Positions 53,409-61,669 of a stretch of 64,000 nucleotides of DNA are shown one piece after another. Position 1 is the stretch's first letter; each line of letters begins with the position of its first letter. Position numbers and translations under genes: made by a program. Source of the DNA: a virus; IMG/VR virus record IMGVR_UViG_3300046001_007123, one strand, 5' to 3'. A model generated the notes under the pieces. The model did no database searches and was not told the DNA's origin. It saw nothing but the letters and a program-made list of their open reading frames with translations.

Positions 53409-53426
53409 CATAGTATTTATTTATAT

Positions 53427-53903
53427 ATGAAAATCATTATCACAGAATCTCAATTAAATCTATTTCTTAATGAAGAATCATTAAAACAGAATCTACTATC
53501 TCAGATTGAGGAGAACGGGTGGGCTGAAACCGCCGAACTTGTTGGGTATAAAAACCTTTTAAACATTGTTGGTTATGATAAGTTGGTTGACTTATTGATT
53601 TCCTCTTTTAATGATTTAAATGTAATAACAAGGGGTCGTAATGTAATCTTACGTGATAACCACCTCCCATTAATGGAAACAACTAAAGATGTATTTGGGG
53701 ATAATTGGGTAATGGTATATAACGATCATATTATATTGAGACTCGAACTTAGATTGGGTTCCGACATTTTAGAAATTTATGAAAAAGTAAGAAGGGAATT
53801 CATTAGGGAACTAATAAATAGATTTCCTGAATTATCTGGACAAAAAGTTGAGGTCTTTAAAGACAGCGGACTTTATCAAAAATACGATTCATTTGAGTTA
53901 TAA
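53427..53903 (+). CDS. family-1 member (MKIIITESQLNLFLNEES)
   Basis: 158 aa. GTATTTATTTATAT-ATG leader. Confidence 0.55.
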   Translation: MKIIITESQLNLFLNEESLKQNLLSQIEENGWAETAELVGYKNLLNIVGYDKLVDLLISSFNDLNVITRGRNVILRDNHLPLMETTKDVFGDNWVMVYNDHIILRLELRLGSDILEIYEKVRREFIRELINRFPELSGQKVEVFKDSGLYQKYDSFEL

Positions 53904-53914
53904 TATTTATTAAT

Positions 53915-54295
53915 ATGGAACAATTAATTAAAAGGATTATTAGGGAGTCGGTTATGGGGAAGTTCGTTGAATCTCATATCCCCCAGCTTAACAACCTTAA
54001 AAGGAAATCTAATTATAGTTCTCGTTTGTATGGATCAAACGTTATCTATTACGATAAGGACAGTAAGGAATATTATTTTAGGGTTGCCGAACCAAGGGAC
54101 GTATATTATTGGGACGAAGTTGAGGATAAGTACATATTAAGGAATGTCGGGAAAACCTTATATATCCTTAAAGATCTTTATAATGAAATATCTGACTTCA
54201 TCCCTAACGATGATATGATATTAAAATGGTTTAACGAGAAGTATAAACAAGATGCCGAAAGGTTGCAAACACATTATATTCTAAAACAAGCATAA
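53915..54295 (+). CDS. family-2-like member (MEQLIKRIIRESVMG)
   Basis: 126 aa. ATATTTATTAAT-ATG leader. Confidence 0.5.
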   Translation: MEQLIKRIIRESVMGKFVESHIPQLNNLKRKSNYSSRLYGSNVIYYDKDSKEYYFRVAEPRDVYYWDEVEDKYILRNVGKTLYILKDLYNEISDFIPNDDMILKWFNEKYKQDAERLQTHYILKQA

Positions 54296-54302
54296 CTCAT
54301 CT

Positions 54303-54632
54303 ATGAAATTAATAATCACTGAAGATCAATATAATAAATTATCCCTACGTAGAAGATTGGGGGATATGTTAAATGTTGCGTCTGATTTAATCGATATGGG
54401 TGATGAATTTTATGGTAATCTTGATTTCTGTAAGTATTTCCCCACGTTTCAGAAATACATAAGTAATATAGTTGGGGACATTATAGAACTTTATGACCCT
54501 GATTATGGTATTGATGATATATCTGATTTTATTTATGAGGGTGTTGGTTACGAAACCTTCGTTAAGTTATTAATGGATGAACACGGGGCTAAGATTAGAA
54601 GTTTCTATAATAGAAAAACAAGAGATTGTTAA
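54303..54632 (+). CDS. family-1 member (MKLIITEDQYNKLSLRRR)
   Basis: 109 aa. Confidence 0.55.
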   Translation: MKLIITEDQYNKLSLRRRLGDMLNVASDLIDMGDEFYGNLDFCKYFPTFQKYISNIVGDIIELYDPDYGIDDISDFIYEGVGYETFVKLLMDEHGAKIRSFYNRKTRDC

Positions 54633-54698
54633 TAATTCTGCCTTTCTTATTGAATCCGGAAACGGATCCCGACTTCGTCGGAAAAAAATCGACCGACC

Positions 54699-54718
54699 GA
54701 ACCCTTCGGGTCTTTTTG
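54699..54718 (+). terminator. GC-rich hairpin (ACCC-TTC-GGGT) plus T-run. A second hairpin, CCGAC-TTC-GTCGG, lies at about 54669..54681
   Basis: Unusually GC-rich 80-nt spacer. The 64-aa ORF 54577..54771 that covers it is probably spurious. Confidence 0.5.
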
Positions 54719-54786
54719 TGATTATTAAGTTGTTTACTTTAGTAGTCCCTTCAGAAAAAGGTGGTTGTTAATATATTTATTATAAT

Positions 54787-55416
54787 ATGAAATACATTAT
54801 AACCGAATCTCAGTATCAGTCCATTAAGGAGTCTTTAGAAAAAAACAAAAAGTTTTTAATTAAAACTATGGGTGTTGATCTAACCGACAATATTCAGATG
54901 GTAAACTCACGATATGATGTCCCGACGGAATTTGATGAAGGTATTAGTCCTGATTTGGTTAGACGTATGTTAAACAATTGGGGACCTATGTATCTTTTTA
55001 ATCTGAATGGTAAGGATTATTTATATCAGGATCGTGGGGAGTACGAATGGTTTATTGATACGGAGGGTTTTGAGTTTGTTGATAATGAAATTATTGAGAA
55101 ACTTGGGGTTGATGTATTGGGTATGGATTTTTCTGATATAATTAAAGTATTTTATACTGAAGATCAATCCATAAACGAATCCACAGAAAAGGATTATACT
55201 TCCCTGATCGATAAGTTTATTTCCGAATATGATTTCCCTGATTATTTTAAGGGATATAACATTGGTAGAGATGACGACGCGTATAAGGTCACATTTGTTG
55301 TCGGTAAAGAACAAATGAAAAGATACCAAGAGGTCTTCAAGGTAATCGAACCATTATTTGACGATATAAATTCTTTCATTCCAATTAATGTGTGGCCAAA
55401 GGTTGAGTATAAGTAA
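54787..55416 (+). CDS. family-1 member (MKYIITESQYQSIKESLEK)
   Basis: 209 aa. ATATATTTATTATAAT-ATG leader. Confidence 0.55.
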   Translation: MKYIITESQYQSIKESLEKNKKFLIKTMGVDLTDNIQMVNSRYDVPTEFDEGISPDLVRRMLNNWGPMYLFNLNGKDYLYQDRGEYEWFIDTEGFEFVDNEIIEKLGVDVLGMDFSDIIKVFYTEDQSINESTEKDYTSLIDKFISEYDFPDYFKGYNIGRDDDAYKVTFVVGKEQMKRYQEVFKVIEPLFDDINSFIPINVWPKVEYK

Positions 55417-55435
55417 AATCTCAAATTGACCTTTC

Positions 55436-55458
55436 AGGTAAAGTGTCTACCTTTTTTA
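55436..55458 (+). terminator. rho-independent terminator (AGGTA-loop-TACCT, T6)
   Basis: Stem-loop plus T-run after the 54787 gene. Confidence 0.55.
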
Positions 55459-55534
55459 CTCTTTCTTTTTATTTATAAAGAAAAATCCCTATGAAAAAAA
55501 TAGTAAAATAAAAAAACTACATATATTTATATGT

Positions 55535-56191
55535 ATGAACAAAAGTTATAGTAAAATCAGACACATCCAAGAATCCAATAGGTTAATGGAAAACAGAACC
55601 TTAGGAAGAAAAGTTTTGCTTGAGTACGACATTGATGATGATAAAATGTCATCTGTTGATCAAGAATTAAATTCCGTTGCACCCGATGTTCAGGCATTAA
55701 ACCCTCAATTCGATTTTAGTAGTGTTGAAGCTGCTCAAAATAGCGTTGATAATAGTGAGATATGTCAAATCGGTGATGATGTTGAGGGATTTGTTTCAAG
55801 AAGATTTGGACAAAAGATTAAGGAGATGTTTCCTGACAAAGCTCAAGAGGTAATTAAAACAATGTCAGGTTACATTAGTAAGTTTATTGATTATTTATCA
55901 TCATTAAAGTTATCCGACCTTAAATCATTGGTTAAAAGTCTGAAGTCAAAAATAAAAGGTGATGAGGTTGTTTCTGAAGAAATAATTAAAGAGTTCTTTG
56001 GTACAAGTATGGCTCTTGTTACGATCGGATCATTTGCAATGCCAGCATTAGTTTTAACAATCGCGTCTTGGGTAATTGTAGGTTTGGTTACACTTTGGTT
56101 ATTAAAAGTCATTTTGTGCTCATTCAACATAAATATAACTACGAAAAATAAGTGTCGAGTTAAAAGTTTTTCTTGGGGTCAGTGTAATTAA
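55535..56191 (+). CDS. hypothetical protein with C-terminal double TM anchor
   Basis: 218 aa. MALVTIGSFAMPALVLTIASWVIVGLVTLWLLKVIL. Confidence 0.45.
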   Translation: MNKSYSKIRHIQESNRLMENRTLGRKVLLEYDIDDDKMSSVDQELNSVAPDVQALNPQFDFSSVEAAQNSVDNSEICQIGDDVEGFVSRRFGQKIKEMFPDKAQEVIKTMSGYISKFIDYLSSLKLSDLKSLVKSLKSKIKGDEVVSEEIIKEFFGTSMALVTIGSFAMPALVLTIASWVIVGLVTLWLLKVILCSFNINITTKNKCRVKSFSWGQCN

Positions 56192-56197
56192 GATATA

Positions 56198-56551
56198 ATG
56201 AAAAAAATAATAAAATTAACTGAGTCGGAATTAATTAACGTTGTTAAAATGGTAATTGAATCAAATGATGGTCCCACCATTCCAAAACACATTCAAAGGA
56301 GATACTCAGACATTAAAGATGCTGTTTATGATTATTTGCTTTTTTTTAATATGAATCAATTGGTTGGTAATTTTGATGATTTTAGATCAGAACTTGCTTG
56401 GGACGTAGCAAACGAAGTACTGACTAAGTCCAAAAACGACGGTGATTTAACAACGAGTAGAAATCAAATGATCCAATTCATTAAAAATCACTTTTACGAA
56501 GAACTAAAAGAATATTACGATCGGAATAATTATTGGTCCAGAAAAAAATAA
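56198..56551 (+). CDS. family-1 member (MKKIIKLTESELINVVKMVIESNDG)
   Basis: 117 aa. Confidence 0.55.
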   Translation: MKKIIKLTESELINVVKMVIESNDGPTIPKHIQRRYSDIKDAVYDYLLFFNMNQLVGNFDDFRSELAWDVANEVLTKSKNDGDLTTSRNQMIQFIKNHFYEELKEYYDRNNYWSRKK

Positions 56552-56553
56552 CA

Positions 56554-56592
56554 AAATCCTCCATCATAATTGATTGGGGGATTTTTTTTTAT
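56554..56592 (+). terminator. rho-independent terminator (AATCCTCCATCA-loop-TGATTGGGGGATT, T9)
   Basis: ATCC..GGGGAT type. Confidence 0.65.
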
Positions 56593-56604
56593 TATATTTT
56601 TTTT

Positions 56605-57105
56605 ATGGAACGAAGTAATGAACATAACTCCTATATGGCGTATAAACAACACAAAGAAGATAATGAATTAAGAGGACTCATTTACAATAAATATCTTAAG
56701 GTATTAGGTAGATTTATTGAGAATATGTATCCTAAATTAAAATTTGATATTTTTGTTTGTGAACGCAATAAAAAACAAAGAAAGTCGGACTGGTATGGAA
56801 TGGTATATATGAATTTAGTCATTTATGATGTAATCAGGCAACCAATATATAACCCAAGAACCTTTGACCCCAGTTATAGGTCGTTAAGTTACGATGGGTT
56901 TATATCGTCTTACGATTTTTATGACACAATAGATTCTTATATGTCAGAAATAAATAAACATCTTTTAATATCCTTTGAACCTCCAAGAGATGAAAATATG
57001 TCGACCACTATGATGATGTCTAATATGTTACAAATTCCTGACTTTGAATGTTGGGTGGAACATTGGAAAAAATCCTACGTCAAAGGCGATTTTCAAATAT
57101 ATTAA
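56605..57105 (+). CDS. hypothetical protein
   Basis: Start moved to MERSNEHNSY, directly after the terminator and T-run. The upstream part of track ORF 56533 is terminator sequence. Confidence 0.45.
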   Translation: MERSNEHNSYMAYKQHKEDNELRGLIYNKYLKVLGRFIENMYPKLKFDIFVCERNKKQRKSDWYGMVYMNLVIYDVIRQPIYNPRTFDPSYRSLSYDGFISSYDFYDTIDSYMSEINKHLLISFEPPRDENMSTTMMMSNMLQIPDFECWVEHWKKSYVKGDFQIY

Positions 57106-57125
57106 CTAAAATAAAAACAGAAACA

Positions 57126-57383
57126 ATGGCAAAAATTAATGTTTATCGTACTGAATCCTACGACACTTGGATTCTTAAAGAACCTGTGGAAATTGACACA
57201 GACAACTACCCTGAAATGGAGGGAATGACCGAAGAGGAAATGAAAGATTATATTCGTGATAATTATCACGATATGAAACCAGTCAATGGTGAGTGGTATG
57301 ATAGTCTGTCAGAAGAATTGGACAGTCAGGACATCCGTAGAGATAAGATCACAAACGAAGATCAAGACATTATGTTTGATTAA
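57126..57383 (+). CDS. hypothetical acidic protein
   Basis: Start moved to MAKINVYRTESYD. Confidence 0.4.
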   Translation: MAKINVYRTESYDTWILKEPVEIDTDNYPEMEGMTEEEMKDYIRDNYHDMKPVNGEWYDSLSEELDSQDIRRDKITNEDQDIMFD

Positions 57384-57387
57384 ATTT

Positions 57388-57414
57388 AAAACCCCCTTAA
57401 TTGGGGGTTTTTAT
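57388..57414 (+). terminator. rho-independent terminator (AAACCCCC-TTAAT-GGGGGTTTTT)
   Basis: Perfect 6-bp stem with T-run. Confidence 0.7.
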
Positions 57415-57475
57415 ATGGTAATTACCATATATTCACAATTATATGATGATTACCATATATTTATAGTAAAAAACT

Positions 57476-57649
57476 ATGAAACATTTATTGAACGATATGA
57501 GTTCTGAGGAGAAGAATAGTATCCGAGAACAACACGAAGGTGGAATTAAAGTAGACACTTCAAAATTTAAATCACTTTTGGAATCTAAATTAGGGGATTC
57601 AAAACCATTGGTTGATGAAGTTTCTGAAACAAAAAATAAAACTAAATAA
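57476..57649 (+). CDS. 57-aa protein made of two shared modules (not in ORF track)
   Basis: MKHLLNDMSSEEKNSIREQHEGG is related to the N-terminus of 59803 (ISESEKERILGMHKEAT). KFKSLLESKLGDSKPLVDEVSE is related to the N-terminus of 45194 (RFKQLLESTMGDAKPLISEQEE). It has its own terminator. Coordinates are good to about 1 nt. Confidence 0.45.
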   Translation: MKHLLNDMSSEEKNSIREQHEGGIKVDTSKFKSLLESKLGDSKPLVDEVSETKNKTK

Positions 57650-57654
57650 TGATT

Positions 57655-57680
57655 AACCCACCACAAGTGGGTTTTTTATT
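57655..57680 (+). terminator. rho-independent terminator (AACCCAC-CACAA-GTGGGTT, T6)
   Basis: CCCACC type. Confidence 0.65.
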
Positions 57681-57712
57681 TATTTGTGAATCTTTTAAAT
57701 TATTATTATAAT

Positions 57713-57892
57713 ATGACGAACGAACAAAAAGGGGTGGCTTACGGCAAGTTAATGGTTGAACACACCAAATTACAGAACAAAATGGCAGAAATACAAGGAT
57801 CATCTATCAATTTATCTAACGATCAATTGAAAGAGGTTGAGGAGATCAAAAGGAAAATGGTTTACATTTTTAATTTAGCGTCTCGTCTCTAA
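57713..57892 (+). CDS. hypothetical protein
   Basis: Start moved to the internal ATG (MTNEQKGVAYGKLMVEHTKLQNK...), because track ORF 57686 begins inside the preceding terminator. Confidence 0.4.
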   Translation: MTNEQKGVAYGKLMVEHTKLQNKMAEIQGSSINLSNDQLKEVEEIKRKMVYIFNLASRL

Positions 57893-57895
57893 TGA

Positions 57896-57928
57896 AACTA
57901 CCCACCTCATCGGTGGGTTTTTTGTTTT
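57896..57928 (+). terminator. rho-independent terminator (CTACCCACC-TCAT-CGGTGGGT, T6)
   Basis: Part of a 50-bp block that is repeated exactly at 58536..58585. Confidence 0.7.
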
Positions 57929-57946
57929 ATGTAGTATTTATATCAT

Positions 57947-58516
57947 ATGAAAATTGTTATTTCTGAATCCCAATATCATAGTCTTTTTAAAAGTCAAGAT
58001 GAAAAGAACTCAAACCTCATCTATAAGATGTGGAATGATGGTATGGACATTTATGAGATTTCAGAACTATTGGGTATGAAGGAAACCCAAGTGGTCGTCC
58101 TACTTAAAGATAAAGAAATCAATATTGATTGCGGATTTGCCGATTACTTACTTCCAATACTTTATAAGACAAATTTACTTAATACAAAATTTAACTTTAA
58201 CGGGGGTCAGATGAAAATTGAGTTAGAATGGTCGAATTTTGGTGGGTATCTAGAATTTGAATATGAGGACAAAGATTGTAGGTTAGTGGGAATGGCAACC
58301 CCTTATTGGAACGGTGATTGTACAACACCTGTTGATGGGAGTGAATTTGAAAATAAAATCACGGGTGATTACGTTGATAGTTACACAGAATTAGGTTTAC
58401 GTATTGACTCCCCCTCTAATTTTAAATCAATACAAGAACTTATGGATTTTCTAAACAACTATTTCCCAAAACAATTGATCATCCCAATAAGAACATTAAT
58501 AGACTACTATAAATAA
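57947..58516 (+). CDS. family-1 member (MKIVISESQYHSLFKSQDEK)
   Basis: 189 aa. Confidence 0.55.
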   Translation: MKIVISESQYHSLFKSQDEKNSNLIYKMWNDGMDIYEISELLGMKETQVVVLLKDKEINIDCGFADYLLPILYKTNLLNTKFNFNGGQMKIELEWSNFGGYLEFEYEDKDCRLVGMATPYWNGDCTTPVDGSEFENKITGDYVDSYTELGLRIDSPSNFKSIQELMDFLNNYFPKQLIIPIRTLIDYYK

Positions 58517-58535
58517 AAATACGTTTAATATATCA

Positions 58536-58585
58536 TCTCGTCTCTAATGAAACTACCCACCTCATCGGTGGGTTTTTTGTTTTAT
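58536..58585 (+). repeat. exact 50-bp duplicate of 57881..57930 (TCTCGTCTCTAATGAAACTACCCACCTCATCGGTGGGTTTTTTGTTTTAT), including the terminator
   Basis: Copy 1 covers the last 4 codons and stop of gene 57713..57892. Copy 2 is purely intergenic. Confidence 0.7.
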
Positions 58586-58598
58586 CGTATATTTATTA

Positions 58599-59021
58599 TT
58601 GATGGACAAACCGGAAGCGATATCAAAAGAAAAAATAAAAAAGATCAATAAGGTCATTAAAGATATGGTCTTTACTTATAAAGGACCTGTGTCAGAATAC
58701 AACAATGGAGAATTCCAATATCAGATTAGTATTTCGGGTCAAAAACATATGATTTCTGTTGGTGAGTATTATAATTATTTAATTATGGATGTTGTTATAA
58801 TTGACGGATCACCTATGACAACATTATTCATAAAATACTTACCTTATATCTTGGGTGATTATAAAACTTTAAATTATTTAAGTCGTGAAATTTCAGAAGA
58901 ATTACAATATTTTTTCGGAGTTGAGTACGTTAGAGTTGTTTATAGTGATGGGAAAATTAAGGTAAGCGAAGAATATCAACAGAAGATAGATAATACTGAA
59001 CCAGAACAATTTCATAAATAG
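58599..59021 (+). CDS. hypothetical protein
   Basis: 140-aa ORF. Confidence 0.4.
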   Translation: MMDKPEAISKEKIKKINKVIKDMVFTYKGPVSEYNNGEFQYQISISGQKHMISVGEYYNYLIMDVVIIDGSPMTTLFIKYLPYILGDYKTLNYLSREISEELQYFFGVEYVRVVYSDGKIKVSEEYQQKIDNTEPEQFHK

Positions 59022-59060
59022 TATTTAAAATGTCAATTACTCTGTCTATTATTGTTTTTA

Positions 59061-59372
59061 ATGAAAAAGGCAATCTCAAATTTATTTGATTTAGTTTATG
59101 GGACTATCAGTCCGTTGGAATCAAAAATATTTGGTAAAATATGTTTTATTTTCTATGATGAAGATACATTTAAACCCATAATTGTTTATTATCCATCCAC
59201 CAGAGATGTTAAAACGTTAAGAGATAAGGAAATGGACTTCTCAACATTTATCCCCCTTCATAGTCAAGATTTTAAGGAACAGTTTTCATATTGGATGGAA
59301 CAAAAATTTGGTAAGGAAATATTGTTCAAGGGTATTGACTTCATTGAATTTACTGAAGAACTACTTATGTGA
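59061..59372 (+). CDS. hypothetical protein
   Basis: Start at MKKAISNLFDL. Confidence 0.4.
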   Translation: MKKAISNLFDLVYGTISPLESKIFGKICFIFYDEDTFKPIIVYYPSTRDVKTLRDKEMDFSTFIPLHSQDFKEQFSYWMEQKFGKEILFKGIDFIEFTEELLM

Positions 59373-59383
59373 TATTTATTATT

Positions 59384-59725
59384 ATGAGTGTAAGAGACGA
59401 ACTATTAAAATTTAAAAATTCATCACCAAGGAATAAAAAACAATCTTTAAACGAGCAAAGTGTTTTTTCTAACTTACCGGGAGTACAACCTGATAAGATG
59501 AATTATCAGAGACCCATCCCCGACCCTGTTACAATACCGGATTGTTTTTCGGTTCTTATGAACCTAAAAGATAATATGGTTTCTTTTGATAAAAACTCAC
59601 TTAAAGACGAAGTTCAAAAAAGAATGAATGGGGTTGACATCATATTTGATCCTAACGCTCATTCTAATGATTTAGGAATTACCGTAATGAAGGATGGTAA
59701 ACCATTTTGTTTTGTTAGTAAGTAA
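59384..59725 (+). CDS. hypothetical protein
   Basis: Start at MSVRDELLKF. Confidence 0.4.
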   Translation: MSVRDELLKFKNSSPRNKKQSLNEQSVFSNLPGVQPDKMNYQRPIPDPVTIPDCFSVLMNLKDNMVSFDKNSLKDEVQKRMNGVDIIFDPNAHSNDLGITVMKDGKPFCFVSK

Positions 59726-59740
59726 AAAATATTTAAATTA

Positions 59741-59768
59741 AAACCTCATAGAATGGGGTTTTTTTATT
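59741..59768 (+). terminator. rho-independent terminator (CCTCAT-AGA-ATGGGG, T8)
   Basis: Stem with T/G wobble plus a long T-run. Confidence 0.6.
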
Positions 59769-59802
59769 TATTGAAATATTTATTAATGTATAAAAATTAC
59801 AT

Positions 59803-60636
59803 ATGAAAAAAAATCTATTTATAATAAGTGAATCCGAAAAAGAAAGAATCTTAGGGATGCACAAAGAAGCTACCAAAAGAAGTTATATTTCTGAACAAGC
59901 GGCACCGGCAGCACCTGCGGCAACTACACCGGCAGCACCTGCGGCAACTACACCGGCAGCACCTGCGGCAACTACACCGGCAGCACCTGCGGCAACTACA
60001 CCTGAGGCAACCGCACCAACTGGAGAAACAACATATAGTTCTTATAGTGATTACGATTACGACTATAAAAAAGAAGGAGATAAATACTTTTTCAAATTAA
60101 AGTTTGAACCTAAGAGTCCTAAAGCGTTGGCATACAAAAATGCTGGTAAATTTTTATCTTGGACCGAACCAACAGGAAAAGCATTAGAGGCAATAAAAAA
60201 ATTACCATTCTCAAGTGAGAAATTAGCAACCAAACCAGCAACGGCAGTTACTGGCCAACTTGCTGCTGACCAATCTAAGACATTGGCGGCATCAGGTGGT
60301 GGTGGTAGTGTACCAAAACTTGCTGACCCAATTGGTGATGCTAAAAAATTGATGCCTAAGATAGATACTTTAGACCCTGTAAAATCAAGTGAGGTTATTG
60401 CTTGGTCAAAATCACCTTCAGGTCAATACGTCCTTAATACACCGGCAGATCAAAGAGAGGCCGCGTTGGATAATTTAGATCGTAGAAAGGGTGATGCAAA
60501 AACGAGAGAACTTAAAAAAGAGATTAGACAAGCTTTAGGTATGTCAGCTGACACTTTAGTTGGTAAGGTAGCATCTTCAGTAAGAGGAGGCGTCCAAGGA
60601 CTTAAACAAGGGTTCCGACAACAAGTAACTAAATAA
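59803..60636 (+). CDS. protein with family-1-like N-terminus (MKKNLFIISESEKERIL) and a (TTPAAPAA)x4 linker
   Basis: 277 aa. The C-terminal half is Lys/Ala-rich. Confidence 0.5.
   Translation: MKKNLFIISESEKERILGMHKEATKRSYISEQAAPAAPAATTPAAPAATTPAAPAATTPAAPAATTPEATAPTGETTYSSYSDYDYDYKKEGDKYFFKLKFEPKSPKALAYKNAGKFLSWTEPTGKALEAIKKLPFSSEKLATKPATAVTGQLAADQSKTLAASGGGGSVPKLADPIGDAKKLMPKIDTLDPVKSSEVIAWSKSPSGQYVLNTPADQREAALDNLDRRKGDAKTRELKKEIRQALGMSADTLVGKVASSVRGGVQGLKQGFRQQVTK
59905..60000 (+). repeat. 4 x 24-nt perfect tandem repeat (CCGGCAGCACCTGCGGCAACTACA) encoding PAAPAATT
   Basis: Four identical copies with no synonymous drift. The duplication is recent or the tract is length-variable. Confidence 0.8.
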
Positions 60637-60656
60637 ATAATTAATTAAATAAAAAT

Positions 60657-61220
60657 ATGAAAAAAATTAGATTAACCGAGACAGAATTTAGATCACTTAT
60701 AAAAAGAATTGTGGTTGAAGCTCAAAATGAAATGTATAATGATGAAATTGAAGAGGGTATGTTCGGAGGTTTTGGGGATAAACTTGACGATGCTGTAAAA
60801 GGTGTTGCTGATTTCTTTAAGAATGAAGTGTTATCTGATTTATCCGATGAGGACAAAATGAATTTAAAAAGAAGAATATCTAACGTTAACATTGAAAGAG
60901 AAATGGAAAAGGTTGACAATGGTGAAGAAGATATGTTAGAAGAAGGAATTATCACTGAGGGTATTGGTGATCGATTAAGAAGTTTCTTTGAGAGATTAGG
61001 TATTGGTAGTGGTCTTGGTATTTCCGCTTCTGGACTTTTAGGTCTTGTATCAAACGGAGCTGGATGGTCTGAAAGTGAAATATTAACAAATGTTCACGAT
61101 ATTATGCAGAACGCAGGGATTGGTAATTACGGTGGACCTGTTTCACTTTTGGTAATTATCGCAGGAATTGCCTTGGCGTTAAAATCAACATCAATGAGAC
61201 ATAATAGAATGGGTAAGTAA
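60657..61220 (+). CDS. family-1 member with Gly-rich C-terminal TM anchor (MKKIRLTETEFRSLIKRIVVEAQNE)
   Basis: 187 aa. GPVSLLVIIAGIALAL near the C-terminus. Confidence 0.55.
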   Translation: MKKIRLTETEFRSLIKRIVVEAQNEMYNDEIEEGMFGGFGDKLDDAVKGVADFFKNEVLSDLSDEDKMNLKRRISNVNIEREMEKVDNGEEDMLEEGIITEGIGDRLRSFFERLGIGSGLGISASGLLGLVSNGAGWSESEILTNVHDIMQNAGIGNYGGPVSLLVIIAGIALALKSTSMRHNRMGK

Positions 61221-61237
61221 TAATTACTCACATAATA

Positions 61238-61268
61238 AAAAACCCCATAGTAATATGGGGTTTTTTTG
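61238..61268. terminator. bidirectional rho-independent terminator (A6-CCCCATA-loop-TATGGGG-T7)
   Basis: Lies between the convergent genes 60657..61220 (+) and 61272..61613 (-). Confidence 0.7.
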
Positions 61269-61271
61269 TGT

Positions 61272-61613
61272 CTAAACTTTTTTTCTTTCCTTGATAAATC
61301 TTTCTAAGATAAGAATGATCTCTTTAATTTCTTCCATTTCCTCATCGGTTACTAACTTTAATTTAAGTTTAACCCTAACAAATTTCCAAAATAAAAAGTA
61401 ATGAATTACGATTGCCAAAATTAATGTAGTCAAATTCTGATTAACAAAAAGAACGTACACAATAAAATATGGTGTTAAAGATAAGATAAAATCCACCTCT
61501 TCTTTACCGAAAAATCTCAAAAATTTATACGCAAAGATAGTTAACCTTAATTTTAAAAGTGATGAATTTTTGTATTCGTAAGCTTCTTTTTCGGACTTAG
61601 ACATTTCCTTCAT
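61272..61613 (-). CDS. three-TM small membrane protein
   Basis: 113 aa. LRLTIFAYKFLRFF / FILSLTPYFIVYVLFV / TLILAIVIHYFLFW. Confidence 0.45.
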   Translation of the reverse strand: MKEMSKSEKEAYEYKNSSLLKLRLTIFAYKFLRFFGKEEVDFILSLTPYFIVYVLFVNQNLTTLILAIVIHYFLFWKFVRVKLKLKLVTDEEMEEIKEIILILERFIKERKKV

Positions 61614-61669
61614 AATATCTTATTTTATAGTATTCCCACAAATATAGGAATATAAATTAAAATAAAAAA

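Noticed and set aside
54577-54771. 64-aa ORF in the ORF track
   Set aside because: It lies over a GC-rich spacer made of two terminator hairpins plus a T-run and the promoter box of the next gene. It has no start context, so I treat it as spurious.
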